Assembly: GCA_964016885.1 (NCBI GenBank)
Contig: OZ024742.1
Span: 138,756,001 to 138,820,000, forward strand
Direction: 5' to 3'
DNA length: 64,000 nucleotides
DNA from: Eledone cirrhosa
Lineage: Eukaryota
Numbering within the stretch: position 1 is the first letter of the stretch; the number at the start of each line of letters is the position of its first letter. Below are positions 40,691-56,551 of this stretch, one piece after another. Position numbers and translations under genes: made by a program. The notes beneath the pieces are model-generated. The model was not told the origin of the DNA and did not search any database. It saw only the letters and a program-made list of their open reading frames with translations.

Positions 40691-41861
40691 TAAGTGACTG
40701 TGAGTATAAGACTCGCGCTGGACATTTTGCAGCGTTAACTCCCAGCTACTGCTGGTGCTAATTTCCAGCTGCGTTTACTGGGGTAAAGTGAAATGAAGTG
40801 TTTTGTTCAAGAACACAACGCGCAACTTAGTCCAAGAATCGAAACCAACACATTATGATCGTAAGTACAACATCCTCACCACTAGGCTATGCACCTTCAA
40901 TGTCCCAATGAGCCCTGAATATTTTAACGTGTAAATATTTATAGAATTCAGTTATATTTTAGCAATGAAAAAACAAAGATTTATAGAAAATGCTATAAAT
41001 CATATATAAATTTAGAATAGTGGTTTAGCAGGATCGTTAGAGAGACAGACAAAATTCTTCGGTTTATTTAGTCACAGATCTTTACGTTCTAAGTTCAAAT
41101 CCTGCCGAAGTTAACTTTACGTTTCTTCCTTCCATGGTCGAAAAATAAAGCACTAGTCAAGTACTGGGACCAGTGTAATCGACTTTTCTCTATACTCAAA
41201 AATTTCGATATTTCGATAAAAAGAATATTCTATATTTCGTCTAACTCTATCAAAATCAAATGTTCACCAAAATCCTGGATAACATAAACCTAGAAATGTA
41301 TTTATATCTGGATAGAATGTTTTCTACTTCAGGAACAAGACCAAAATCCTCTGGGGAGGGGAAAGTCGATAAAACCGACTCCAGTAACTTACTGTTTTTC
41401 TTTTTTTTTCTTCTTTTTTTAGGCAAACCCAGAAGGAAAAAAGGCAAATTGACCACAGAAAGATTTGAACTCAGAACGTAAAGAGCTGTAATGAAAGACC
41501 ACCCGATATTTATCGACGCTCTAACAATTCTGTCAATTTAACACCCCGTACATAAATAGAATAATAAAACCTTACCATTCGGACGCTATTTGATTGTCAA
41601 TTATTTTATAACGAATATCAGTGCTTTTATTTCTAATAGCCACTATTATGTTTTAGTTAAAAAAAACAAGGACATGATTAACTAAAAACGAACAATCGTC
41701 TGTTTTAATGAATAATGTGGTAATTGTCCCAAAGGTGCCAAAAGCTGCATGATTCAACGTGTAATAAGAAAAACATACACCAGCACGGAAATATATACAT
41801 ATATACTTTCAAATATGAGCATGTGCAAAAAGACATGTACACACGGACTCATACAACACAT

Positions 41862-41894
<33 letters not shown>

Positions 41895-42049
41895 CACGCA
41901 CACATACATACATACATACTTCATACCTACATACATACATACATACATACATACATACATACATACATACATACATACACTCATACATATATACATATAC
42001 AGAGAGTGAGATGCATACGGTATATATATATATATACACGCAATCTATG

Positions 42050-42083
<34 letters not shown>

Positions 42084-42285
42084 ACTGTTTCTACTTTAGG
42101 CACAAGGCCAGAAATTATCCAGTGCATTACTGGTACTTTATTTTATCGACCCCGTAAGGATGAAAAGCAAAGTCAAACTTTAATCTGTTATTTTAATAAA
42201 TATTTGCTCTACGGTTCTTATATATTTGATATATATTTTCCTTATCGAGCCCTCTTTGGATTTTAGTCTTCAATTTTATTATTAT

Positions 42286-42347
<62 letters not shown>

Positions 42348-42545
42348 CGAATGAATTGTGGTAAGGAACCAGATGGACCATAACGCACCAGAGTACTCAA
42401 TACTTAGGGTAGTAGAGTGGGTAATAGGATAAAGTATGACTCCGACGGCAGAGCTCAAGCTGTTTCGACGGCTATTTTGGGACTTCTGAGTCCAGAAATA
42501 GCCGTCGAAACGGCTTGAGCTCTGCCGTCGGGGTCATGCTTTTTC

Positions 42546-43532
<987 letters not shown>

Positions 43533-44067
43533 TATATATAAATATATATATATATATGAATGTATGTATGTATATATCTTGTCCTTTCATTGAGATGCTT
43601 ACGCATTAGACAGTCCACTTACGCATTAGACAGTCCACTTTATTTATAGAGTTATAGATTGATAGTGACTGCTCCATCATTTTTGAGCTTTTTATGTGGT
43701 TTTGGCTGCTATTTTCAACATAAGCCTGTCATTTGGTCCTAATGCATTAAGTAGAAAGTATTAATACAGTAATTCTGTGCAACACGTTGCTTCATCATGC
43801 GGTCTACTAACGGCACGGAATGTATGATACATATCCAACTTGTCTCTTTGGGTGGAATATATTCATATAGTAATTGAATGCTACAGCACCTTGTACACCA
43901 TACTGTCTAACAACGAAATGGTATGTATGATATATTTTCAACTTGTTCCCTTATTTCTATGAAGAATTCAAGTCCCGATGAAGAAACTTAAATGTTTCCA
44001 GTATTAGTTATTCCAATGTCTTGGAAGAAACCATGGCCGTGATATATTTTAAAAAATATTTTGAACC

Positions 44068-44094
44068 TGACCCAACGGGTCACGGCTGGTCTAG
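44068..44094 (+). mobile_element. Helitron-type 3' terminus
   Basis: Hairpin TGACCC-AAC-GGGTCA, 8 nt, then CTAG followed by T. Confidence 0.6.
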
Positions 44095-44105
44095 TATATA
44101 TATAA

Positions 44106-44139
<34 letters not shown>

Positions 44140-44531
44140 TTGTGTGCGCGTCTATGTGTGTGTCTATGTGTGTGTCTATGTATGTGTGTGTCTATGTATG
44201 TGTGTGTATTAGTAAAATCCGAGGTGGCCTGGTTAGGCCTGCGTTGAGATTCTACTAATTACTTTACCAGTTCTGTACCTGAAAATATTATCATCATCAT
44301 AATCATCTTTATCATACAACAACCTTTTAGTCCGTTATCCCTTCTTACATGGGTTGGTGGTGGGCGTTTGTATACGGCACTCGTTACCTTATTTCGTCAT
44401 CTCGCCGTTTTTTAGTTCAGCTGTAACCACTACTGCCCAGATAAAGTATAAAATTGTTAAAAAGTGGATTAAAGAGATTTATTGATACTGGATTTTCGCA
44501 CCCTGAATAAAGGGTAAGTTGTGTTTTAAGC

Positions 44532-45906
44532 ATTCGTCTCCAGGATGAAGCGGTGGAACTTGGTCAAGGGGGAAGTACAGGTGACAAGTCAGAGAAGTCG
44601 ACACGAACCTTTCTCAGGCTTTTACACTCTTAGGGATGGCCTCTGCTTCTGCCATGACGTGCCTGGACTGTTTGACGTTATTGGGGTGCCGTTTGTGCCT
44701 AAGGAGTGGCGGCTATTTATACACAGCTGCACCACAAGTTTGAAGGCTGTCCTCCTCCATAATGGAAACATGTTCCCGACACTGCCCCTAGCTCATTCAG
44801 TCTGCCTGAAGGAAGATTACTACAGTGTGAAAGTCCTCTTGGAAGCTCTGCAATACAACCAGTACAATTGGAAAATCATTGGAGATTTCAAGATGGTGGC
44901 TTTCCTGCTTGGACTCCAAGGAGGCTTTATCAAATTCCAATGCTTCCTATGCCTTTGGGACAGCAGAGCCACCTCTGACCACTACAAAAGAAAGAACTGG
45001 GAGCAGCGAACAGAATTTGTAGTTGGGACCCGGACCGTCATGTAGGAGCCACTGGTTGATCCCAGGATTGTGCTCATGCCGCCACTGCACATTAAGTTGG
45101 GGTTGATGAAGCAGTTTGTGAAGGCTCTCAACCAAGAATCAGCTGCTTTTAAGTACCTTCTTGAGTTCTTCCCCAAGTTATCTGAGGCCAAAATCAAAGG
45201 TGGAATTCTTGTTGGACCTCAGATAAAGAAGGTGTTTGAGTCTACGGAGTTCTCCAATAAGCTCAATAGGATTAAGAGAACAGCATGGAACTGTTTCAAG
45301 GCTGTTGTTAAGAGCTTCCTGGGAAACTACAGAGCTGAAAACTAACAGCAACTGGTGCAGGATCTGATAAAGGCTTTTGGCGCCATGGGATGCCGGATGT
45401 CGCTTAAACTCCATATCCTGGACGCTCACCTGGAAAAATTCAAGGACAATATGGGCGCCTACTCAGAAGAACAAGGCGAACGATTCCACCAAGATGTGAA
45501 AGAGATAGAGCGGCGGTATCAGAGCCACTACAATGAAAAAATGATGGGTGGCTATATCTGAGGGCTAGTGTGGGAATGCGACCTGGACCACAACCGCAAA
45601 TCTAGGAAATCCAATCATTTCTGACGTGTATAAGTTTCTTTATAAGTGTTATTTGTTTTTACTTGTTTGCTTTTGATAAGCTTGTGTAATAAAATAAATA
45701 TATACTCTGTTGATTTAATTATATGAACTGATAAATGTTTTTAAAATGTGTTTTTTCTTGAAAAATATGAAAATTTCGAAATATCAAACTCCTGACCGCA
45801 AACCCAAACTTCTGATTAAATAATAGTGTTTTTTTTTATAATAATGGGATACAACAAACCAGTAAATGACACTTAGAACCGGGGAACAAAAATATGTTAC
45901 ACGGTG
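44532..45906 (+). mobile_element. 5'-truncated Chapaev3-like (CMC) DNA transposon, transposase pseudogene 44545-45624
   Basis: WRLFI(H)S..SLKAVLLHNGN, IIGDFKM, PPLHIKLGLMK, MSLKLHILDAHL, SEEQGERFHQD in one frame with 3 premature stops; right end ...GTTACACGGTG then TTA. Family name is from recall of the motifs. Confidence 0.75.
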
Positions 45907-48099
45907 TTATTCTTATGTCCAGTTTTTACACTCTGCTCTCCCGTGCGTCATTGTTCCTGCTCATTAGTATTACACGTCCATCCGACTTTGCTCAGTTTTC
46001 TTCAGCCTTAGCATATCCTCCGTATTTATCTACTATGTCTCTCTGCCATGAAACGTCGCACTTTTCACGTAAGCATCATACAATCTACCATTTGCTCGGA
46101 GTGAAAATCCCTTTGTTGTCAATAGAGGTATTAACTCGCTGGTCTTCTTCTAGCCTGCTCTTATTCTAGCGACCACCTCCACTGCTGTTTAGGTCACATT
46201 GATAACAGAAACGATTAATAAATTATATAGATCGCTGATTTCATAATCCCAAACATGAGAAGAGCGATGTTAAAATAGAATTTTATTTTAGTATTATCAT
46301 AATATATATAGTATTATCATAAATAGATTTATATTCACACTTGGCCACAGTGTTTCAACAAAGCATGTTTTTGTTAAGCTTGTTTGATGAGCTTAGTGTA
46401 CACATGGCTTGATGAAACATTGTGGCTATATTGTAAAAGTATGAATACATCTATTCCCGTGCTCCCGCGCCTACACATACTAACACAAACACACCCTAGC
46501 ACAAAACACACATACTAGCACAACACACACTAGCACACGCACACACATACATACACACTAGCACACACAAACTCTCACACACATATTAGCATATATGGAA
46601 ACACACACACACAAGTACTTACTTGTGCATATATATTGATCGAACAACAAACTTACACAGCAAGTCAGGATCTAAAAAACATATCTGCAGAAATACAACA
46701 GTTGAACAAAAAACAATATTCATAACTCATAAATATTTGTAGCGACTCAATTTCACCGTTTTGTCACGTGTGTCATTTGAGCCAACTAGACTAGAAACCT
46801 TTCAGCTAGATTTAGGTAAACAACAATGTTAATTTCACTGCTGTGTTATAAATTATTTTCTAGTCTAAAGCCCGGTGCTTATTCCGGATTCCGTGATGGT
46901 AAGCAACTGAGAGTACAAAACTCCCCCCTGGACAGCATCCCAGTCCATCGCAGTCCATCCAGCTTTTGCTGGTACTCGTTTTTAGCTGAGTGTACTAAAG
47001 GAACATGAAATAAAGGACTTTGGTCAAGAACACAACACACAACCCAGTCCACCTTCGAACCCCGACATTATAATCGTAAGTCAAACACCCTTACCACTAG
47101 GAGGTGTGGAGGAGAACTTCTTATTACGAAGTCGGTTATTTGTTGATCTGAAGTCGGCAGCTGGATGTATGCCATAACAATTACCGCAAAGCGTCATATT
47201 TGACGTTCTAACCACTGTGCCAATTTTCCGCCTTTTGTCTAATAACAACTTGGATATTTTCAGCTATTTTTCACGTAGTATAATCGAATTGTTAAGAAGT
47301 TTGTTTCACACTCACAAGGATGCGAGTTCCACTGCGTGGCACTGTTTTTGCATATCCACGAATCGACCCAGACCTTTTGAGTGAAATAAGATATACGGAA
47401 ATTGGGAGTTGAACAGAAGTCAGGCGGATAATACAGCCTTGTCGCCCACTCTGTCAAGCTGAATTTGCTCGAGGATTACTTTACGGCTACACGTATCTCT
47501 GAAATAATTAGTCGTGTATAACGCTAATACAATAAGCAGGTAGTTTCGTTCATTGAATAATTGAATACTCATCAGTCAACCGATATAAATCTATTTTCAT
47601 AAAACAATATATGTCGCAAAACAAATAAGCAGAAAGTGTGTACTAACTATTCTGAAAGGAGATATAGTATCATATACCAGATATTTATCATCTAGTAAAT
47701 AAAAAGTAACTCCAGTTTAGGATATTCCATTTAACTGGCTTAAGTGGAGGTAGTCTGAGATGAAACACACGGGCCAAATATAATTAAGGTTCTATTTATC
47801 TTTGCTGTTAGTCAGATATAAAACCTATGAAACATGATCTAAAATATTCTGATAAGGTTCCCGAATTAAAATTGAGCCTTGTCATTTCTGTTTAATGTTT
47901 CATACTTATATAATAGCAACGAAACAAAAGAACGTTGTTGTGGTCTGTTATCTCATTTTTATTAACTTGACTTCATTTTTGTTTTGTCTTATGTACACAA
48001 CCTACGAACGAGATTGGGAAACTAAGGTAGAAGTCACATCAAAAGGGTATACACACACACACACACACACACACAGAGAGACACACACACATACACACA

Positions 48100-48202
<103 letters not shown>

Positions 48203-48339
48203 GCGTGCGTGTGTGTATGTCTGTGTGTGTGTGTGTGTGTATGTATGTGTGTGTGCTTGATGAACATACAACAGTAACAAAGTCCAGAATCAGATAAAAT
48301 AAAATGTCCATCTTGTCATATGAGTTGCCAGTCACTAGA

Positions 48340-49480
48340 TAGATGAAAGATTCATCTCAGAAGTCAAGTAAAGTTAACGAGGTTCAAAGTCTCTCCTCAT
48401 CCATTCTCCGAGAATCTCTGTTTCTATCCACTACAGCTCTTGGAACTCCTTAGACCACCAATAACTCTTCGACCATATTTCCTCGCGTATTGAGGACAAA
48501 TATCGTTCTTCCTCTCTTTTCTGTATTAAGTACATATATCTCCCCCAACCTCTCCCTTCTAGCGAGAACATACATCTCTCTTCACCTCACACCCAAGCCA
48601 TCATTCACGTTGAATTCAAAGCTCACAAATGTTCGAGATCTTCACACTCATTCCACACCGACGCCACCTATGTTGAAACTGAATCTATTGCAATCCTGAA
48701 CTCATTATATCAACATATTTGCTCCTCCACGCGCATCACAGACACTTCAAACAACCCCAATCTCTTTCTCACCTGTAAACCTAACCAGTACCAGATCATA
48801 GTTGTCTCTGCCTCTAACAGGTCGTCCGATCACAAACATCTGGTTGGAGCATCGCCTGTTTAATACCAGCTAACCTTAGCTACACATGTGTTTCGCATCT
48901 GCCCCACAAACAGCTAAGTCTGTTACTGAAGCCAGACACATAGACATACACCTCCTTATTCTATCCCATTCAATGTTCCAAGTAATTCAGTTGTATTTGC
49001 ACAACACCATTTCAGACAAAAAGTCAACGACAACAAAGCAATGGCGACAACGACTGGAGAAAGTTAACTTCCTCCGAGCACTGAAGAGCGTTTACCTAGC
49101 ATCACAACTCTTAATAGATTATTGTCAGAACTTTAAAGGATGCCCCTGTGCATCACACAGCTCTCATGATTTCCCCTCTACCCAACTACAGCCGATCATT
49201 CTGGTACCTCGTAATCAATTTTACAGACTCCTCCTTTCTCTTATTAAGATGGTTCTGCGGGCAATACCCCCGCGAAGGAAACCGCCAACTTCGTTACCTG
49301 CGTTGTATCCAACCTCACACTTCCCACATATCTACCCACTTCGATCCTACTCTATACTCCTCTCTGCATACATAACCACCAAGTATAAAGGTATTCCGGT
49401 GACTACAAACCAACTAGGCCACCAACCCTATACACGCCAAACTTTTCTATCTGTCTTTCTCTACAGGGACAAATCCTGAT
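48340..49480 (-). mobile_element. Decayed RTE-like LINE (endonuclease region); other RTE remnants about 38130-38960 (+), 45920-46190 (-), 55420-55820 (-)
   Basis: Scattered motifs, e.g. AEMGFLRRVFRVTLLDR...LR.YGHI at 55.6-55.8 kb; the 48-49 kb assignment is weaker. Confidence 0.45.
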
Positions 49481-50245
49481 ATTTGGAAATGTACTACAGT
49501 GTTTCCCATATACCCAGGCATATACAGGCAACACAAAGATACACAGACGTATAGACACATACATATATACACACACACACTCTCGCAAACATACTTGGAG
49601 GTAGATATGTACATACATATATACCCTCAAACACGCACATGCAGATGCACATAGATATATGCGCAGAAATACAAGTACATATGCATACACATACACGCTA
49701 GTACAAACCGGTAGACACAAACATTTCAGCACCCATATATATGCATACACATATACAAACATGTACAAAATATAAAACAAGCATACATGCATAGATACAC
49801 GAAAACACAGATATATATTCATTCTTACACACATATACACGCTTTTATAAATACACATATGCACATATAGAAACCTATGCACAAATATATGCAAACACAT
49901 AATTGCATACACACATATGTACACATGCTCAAACATAAACACAAAAACAGTCAGAAACAAGGAGACATATACACACACGTATGCGCACATTTTGTGCGCA
50001 TATATGCCTTCACACATAGACGCATACACATAAGGCACACACTCACACACCTTCATACACACACATACATTGCTACAACTGGTGGTTTTACGAAGCTAAG
50101 GTTGAAATAAAAACAGATTACATTCTTTATTTCTCTCTTACATTCCATCGCTTTTATATCCTCTCTTTTCACTTTTTCTTTTCTCCCTCCCTCTCTCTTT
50201 CCTATTCTTTTACCTCGGTTTTACACACATATATGAAAAAACGTT

Positions 50246-50364
<119 letters not shown>

Positions 50365-50879
50365 GGTAAAACAGACAAGGCGTGATTGGAAAAACTTATT
50401 TAATTATACATTCTAAAATGCGTTTCATCATTGAATTACATCACAGTATCTACGAGAGCTGTTTAACGATGTTATTTTTTCCAATCACTCTCCCTCGCAA
50501 TCCATTGTTACTCAACGAAACTTCAGAGAATAAATACATTTTTTTAGAATTTAAAGTTATATTAGTATCGAATACAAAGAGGAAGAATTGATAAGTTGAC
50601 CTATAGGCTTCATTTTTTATTACTTAAATGAAATATATCATTGGATGAGAAAGAATTAATCCATAGGTCAAAGGGGGTCGTATAAGTGATGGGAGTGGCT
50701 ACTGTAAAAAAATAAACAGGTCGTAAATTGGCACCACTTGTCTATGAAATAAAACTGGCTATTTGAAAGAGATATAAATTTCTTTAAAACAGGAAAATGG
50801 AAGTAGGCTAATAGGTTCTAATCATGAGTTAGCTAGGGTTATAATAGAAATATATTTTAGGAATTTGTGCTTACAGGTG

Positions 50880-51030
50880 AATATCCTACAGTTGAATATT
50901 CTATCCTAATTTTTTTCCTGTCAAGATTTATAGTACTTCCTATCGCACAAAGATCACAATCTTTTCTTTCACCTCGGTAGGGGTCGGTGAATCGTAGAAT
51001 GGACCGCGATAAATTATATTCTATTTTTTT
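50880..51030 (-). mobile_element. Penelope GIY-YIG C-terminal remnant
   Basis: YNLSRSILRFTDPYRGERKDCDLC resembles the PLE W.IL....PY....K.C.LC motif. Confidence 0.5.
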
Positions 51031-51093
51031 TTTAATTCCTATATTAGCCGATACACCAATCACCCTAATGCATACATACATACATGCATACAT

Positions 51094-51592
51094 GGTGTGG
51101 CTGCCAACTCGTTTTCGAGTACGGCCACTACTTTATATCCATGCAGGAGAACCCCTACCGATGGGAGTTCAGCCAGCGACCTGAAAACTCTGGCACAAAC
51201 ACTACACCTGTGACAATCACTGACACACAGTGCTGGGCCCATGGTACCATGTGACGACAAGCGCAGAGAGATCTCCAGATATAAAGCAATGCCTGTGCCG
51301 TGAAGCTTTTATAGTGATCAAAGGCACTGCACAAAGCCAGTCCCACTCTCTTAACCAAGATGATATTTACCAAAAAGAAGAACAAGTCAACATCATTGGA
51401 TACCATCAGGGTTGCAGGTGTTATATCAGAGTTTTCCTTCTCCTAGAATTCTGCCTTGACAAAGGCTAAGGGGTCATCTCTCCCGGTGATTTTGGATGGC
51501 CATTGACTCTTAAGAGCTCCTTTGCCCTTTGACAGGTTTTGTTTTTAGTCCTGCAGGATGTCCAAAGCCACCCTCCTCACCAAGAAAACTTG
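51094..51592 (-). mobile_element. Non-autonomous RTE-derived element, ~500 bp, in (CATA)n
   Basis: RTE 5' UTR fused to a zinc-finger 3' end; (CATA)n on both flanks; matches 5058-5378. Confidence 0.8.
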
Positions 51593-52686
51593 CATACATA
51601 CATACATACATACATACATACATACATACATACATACATACATACATACATACATACATACATACATACATACATACATACATACATACATACATACATA
51701 CATAGGGCACTGGGATATGTTAGTAACCACCTCAATACAAATCTTGAGAAGATGGGCTTCACAGTAATAGAAAGAACATGACTAGTTAAGAAATTACAAG
51801 TACAATCCATCAATGGAACAATAAATAATGTAAAACATTCCAAAGATTCTGCATCTAATAACTGCATGTACAGATACAAAGCATATGAACATGCACACAT
51901 ACAAATCAAAACATACACATACAATAACATCCATACCTGCACACACATGCATGCATGAGACTTGCATACATATCTACTTAGTTGATGTTGTGTAAATTCC
52001 AATGAGAGAGTCTTGTGTCTATGTTAGAAACCGAGTCTCTCTCTATTGGCAAAAATTTGTGAAATTATAAAATCAGAAGAATGCATACATACATACCAAT
52101 ATAATGCTAAATATCGAAAAGAAGAATATGTATGTTGAACTATCTGCATATACTCTACATTGACTATATTTTTAGATGTGTACCTGTGATCATTGGTACT
52201 CTTGGATATTTTACTAACTGCCGCTGTATAAATATTGAGAAGCTGAGCTTCACAGAACCAGAAAGATCACGGCTAGTTAGGAAGTCGCAAGTATAGTTTA
52301 TTAATGGAACTGTAATGATATGTAAAACATTTCAGATATTAAGCATGTAACAACTGCATATACACACATATTGATGCAAAAGCAAATACATGTGTACACA
52401 TATAACTAAAAAAATACAGATCTACATATATAATAACACCCATACCTAGTTACACACACACAAACACGTACAGGCATGCATAGCTATTTACCTAGTTGAT
52501 GTCTAAATTCCCATAAAAGTTTCTTCTTTCTGCGTTAGAAACTGGATCTCTAGTGATGACAATTTATAGTGGCTAGAGAAATTCAGCTCACCATCATAAG
52601 GTTGCGTGTTCGAGTCTTGGTGAGGGGTTGTGTCCTTGAGTAAGACACTTGTAAGTGTAGACATGTATACATATATATATGTATAT

Positions 52687-53721
52687 AAATATAAATTCAG
52701 CGAGAATCGCATTTCGAACTCAACCGGGCAGTTTTTAAAATAAACTTATGCAATTAATTTGTCAATAGAATTATTAACAGGTTAATTGTAAGACTCAGGA
52801 GATTAATACAAATATAAATTCAGCGATAATCGCATTTCGGCGGGTAGAAAAAGCGCAACGAAACGCAAAAATCAGAGTTATGCTGGCAAGCGCTCCATAG
52901 TTAAAAAATACCAGAGCTAAACAATATGTTAAAACGCCATACAAACTGAAAAAGTGGTCAAGAAGGTATTAACCACCTAAGCCAAAAAGCAAATCAAGCT
53001 AAACAGGTCAAAATAAAATAAATGATAAAAAACAGACCTGGACCCATTGGAATTGATGGTAAAATCCAAATGCAGGGTTTCTATGACACCTAAATCAATA
53101 ATACTGTCTGCTTAAAACTATAAGCTTTAGGTATAATGATCGAACAAGGAATATCACGTTATCAACAGGTATTTTGCTCTGTACCAAGTTTGTGAATGAC
53201 ATAGAGCTTCGTAAAAGCACATGTGTAACTCACAAGGGGAAAAACCCCAGATTTTGGCAAATGAATTCAGTATGTGTATATCATGCAAAAAAATTGCATA
53301 AATAGCACAAATCGAACTCAACCGGGCAGTTTTTAAAATAAACTTATGCAATTAATTTGTCAATAGAATTATTAACAGGTTAATTGTAAGACTCAGGAGA
53401 TTAATACAAATATAAATTCAGCGATAATCGCATTTCGGCGGGTAGAAAAAGCGCAACGATACGCAAAAATCAGAGTTATGCTGGCAAGCGCTCCATAGTT
53501 TAAAAAAAAACAGAGCTAAACGATATGTTAAAACGCCATACAAACTGAAAAAGTGGTCAAGAAAGCATTAACCAACTAAGCCAAAAAGCAAATCAAGCTA
53601 AACAGATCAAAATAAAATAAATGATAAAAAACAAATCTGGACCCATTGGAATTGATGGTAAAATCCAAATGCAGGGTTTCTATGATACCTAAATTAATAA
53701 TACTGTATGCTTAAAACTATA
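52687..53721. repeat. ~598-bp tandem duplication (1.7 units), pLTR-like
   Basis: 52714-53122 repeated at 53312-53721; 30-bp segment 52687-52716 repeated at 52811-52840. Confidence 0.85.
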
Positions 53722-53929
53722 GCGAATTTAGCAGACCAAATTTGCAAGATGGTGGCCTTGATGCCGCTGGGTGTCAGATCTGTCTGCCATGGGTGAGCCT
53801 ACCAGGAAATAGTTTTCCAGGCGGCATAACTCCAACACCTCCAACACCTGCACCAACATCTATAGCACCGCTTTGTAGACGATATTGCGTGTTATCCCTT
53901 GAGGAGTGTAAGCAAAAAGTCCATTCCTA

Positions 53930-54125
53930 CTCCCTACGCGGGAACAGGCAACATAAAGTTGGCCATGGGAGAAGATTGGCTCCCCACAAATGGATGCCCG
54001 TCACCGACAATGTTTGCCCTTGTGACTTGTTAATGGACATGGCAAAACATGGTCTCACCTGGAATTGGGATCGCCGGAAATCAAACGGGATATCTGACGC
54101 CGAGGGGAAAAGGTTCATCCTTGGC
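53930..54125 (-). mobile_element. Helitron PIF1-helicase remnant
   Basis: PFDFRRSQFQVRPCFAMSINKSQGQTL followed, after a frameshift, by SHGQLYVACSRVG. Confidence 0.85.
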
Positions 54126-54716
54126 AGTGTATTCGGCAGAATTGCCAGAAGTACAACGCTGTGGGTGTTGTCATATTAATATTTAACCAATAAAAGTCGT
54201 AAAAAATAAATAATTTAAACATTCCGATGTATATGTCTATAGCATTAATCTGTTATATGAAGTGTTATTTTGCGGGTTGTTATTTGCAATAAGCCGATTT
54301 AAAATATCCCAGAAAATGTCAATACGGAACTCCAATGACTCCCCCAGCAGTTAAATTATAGAGAGGGGGAATTATCTATTATAGAGAGAGGGAAGAGCGA
54401 CGGAGAGAGCGTTATGACTATGTTTGTTGTTGTATAAAATGATGTGTTGCTTAGTTTTCAAAGTTTATGTCGCGTTCCTGAACGAAGTTTTGTCACTGTT
54501 GGGTAGTAAAGAGTGAATAAGCGTGTAAGAGAGAGGGTTACAACATGTATTTAGTTTTAACGATTTTTCTCATAGAAGCAGGAAATTTTTGGCAAAGTTT
54601 AATACCCGTTGACCATCCTTGGTAAATTTGGAGCACATTGGAAAAAAATAATCGAAATCGGTAGAGAAATGTGGAAATGCATAAAAATCATACACACACA
54701 CAGACAGACATCTTCC

Positions 54717-54803
<87 letters not shown>

Positions 54804-54809
54804 TATCTC

Positions 54810-54842
<33 letters not shown>

Positions 54843-55313
54843 ATATGTGTGTGTGTGTGTATATATATGTGTGTGTGTATATATGTGTGTGTGTGTGTAT
54901 ATATGTGTGTGTGTATAATATATTAGTAGGCATACCTATACTCTACGTACGTACATACATATATACATATATACATATATACATACACACATATATATAT
55001 ATACGTACATGCATACATATATACATACATATACGCATGTGTATGTTTGTGAGTGTGTGTGTGTGTGTGTGTGTGTATAATTAAATTTTATGAGGCAGTG
55101 TGACAAAGCTACAATTAATTTATAATACATTAATTTCATGGAAGTAAGGAATGGGGGATTAAAACCAAAATCAAAGAAAGAAATGGTTATACTTTTACCT
55201 TATATTTCGGTTATAAAATGCCCTAATCCTGAAGAGTGGATAGTGCGGCGTAGTACTAACCAGCACAGGCATCTGGTATAAGAGATGGTTACGACATGCG
55301 CAGATTGATAGTC

Positions 55314-55400
55314 TTCTTCTTCTTCTTCTTCTTCTTCTTCTTCTTCTTCTTCTTCTTCTTCTTCTTCTTCTTCTTCTTCTTCTTCTTCTTCTTCTTCTTC
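55314..55400. repeat. (TTC)n microsatellite; the window also has dozens of (TA)n, (CA)n, (GA)n, (CATA)n and (TAA)n tracts
   Basis: Directly visible. Confidence 0.95.
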
Positions 55401-56460
55401 GCCATTATCATCATCATCCTCAGATAATTGCACCCAAGCAATAATGTATCGCAGAAGGTAACGATTTACTGTCATCTTGTTTTATTTGTCCCAAGACCAA
55501 CAACAACGACGTCGAAGACATCTTCTTGGGAGGGTCGTGGTAGCAGTGTCCCCAAACACACCTTCCAGCGGGTCCTGCTGGTTGGTTTTGTCAATAAAAT
55601 TTGTCCAGCGATTATTTGCTGTGACTTCGTAACAATATGCCCATATTATCGGAGCTGTGAGTTCTCAATTCGGAGAAGTAGTTGCTCTATCTGGAGTGAC
55701 TCTTCGATCTCCGAGCTGTGCACTCTGTCGAGTAGCGTTACTCTAAAGACTCTTCGGAGGAAGCCCATTTCGGCTGTTTGTGTTCACGATTGTATTCTTT
55801 CTGCCACTACCCTTATATGAATATTTTATGTATGTATATGTGTTAAATTAATGAATTAAAGCTGTCTTCCTTGTGTAAGCAAGCAAAAAAAGTTCAATCA
55901 CCATTTATTCATGATTGCTTGCTTAGGCTCTGAAATTCTGATGCAATCGTAGAAGCGCCGTCATTACATGCTGTTTATTCATCTTCTCTATCTGTGTTGG
56001 CATATTTCAAGATCTAATATCTCTACTAAAGGTTTTCCTGACCATTCTTGTCCTATATCCATCTATCTTAATCTGCCGGTCCGTAATTCTCCGTGGGAGA
56101 AACATATCGTTAAGAGAGCAGACATTAAGAATATGACAATTGAATTGAGGATGTAAGGTCTGTTATTCATACTTGTAAGAATTATTCACTTTATAGTAGC
56201 TTTGGAAGCAACAAAGTTTAAAATCTAAACTATAGGTAGGATTGTAACATGCAACATTTCGATTTCGTCTTTTTGTTTGTTTGGAAAAATATGTCATGTA
56301 TTAAAATATTACGTAATAAGTTCGATCTTTAAAGCCACTTTATTTTAATACAGCATTGGTCAAAAGATGAGCTGCATACAGGACGATATATATATATATG
56401 ATAGAAATGACTTCTACGGTTTTAGATCTATTTTGTTTCGTGAGAAATCGATACATATAT

Positions 56461-56491
<31 letters not shown>

Positions 56492-56518
56492 ATAATAATG
56501 ATAATAATAATAATAATG

Positions 56519-56550
<32 letters not shown>

Positions 56551-56551
<1 letters not shown>

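Noticed and set aside
52811-52845. GAAA-hairpin on the minus strand as a hammerhead half
   Set aside because: The cleavage position would be G and no CUGANGA is upstream.
55228-55240. CTGAAGAG hammerhead-like core
   Set aside because: No downstream GAAA or pairing stems.
55200-55475. Poly-Glu ORF
   Set aside because: (GAA)n tail next to an RTE remnant.
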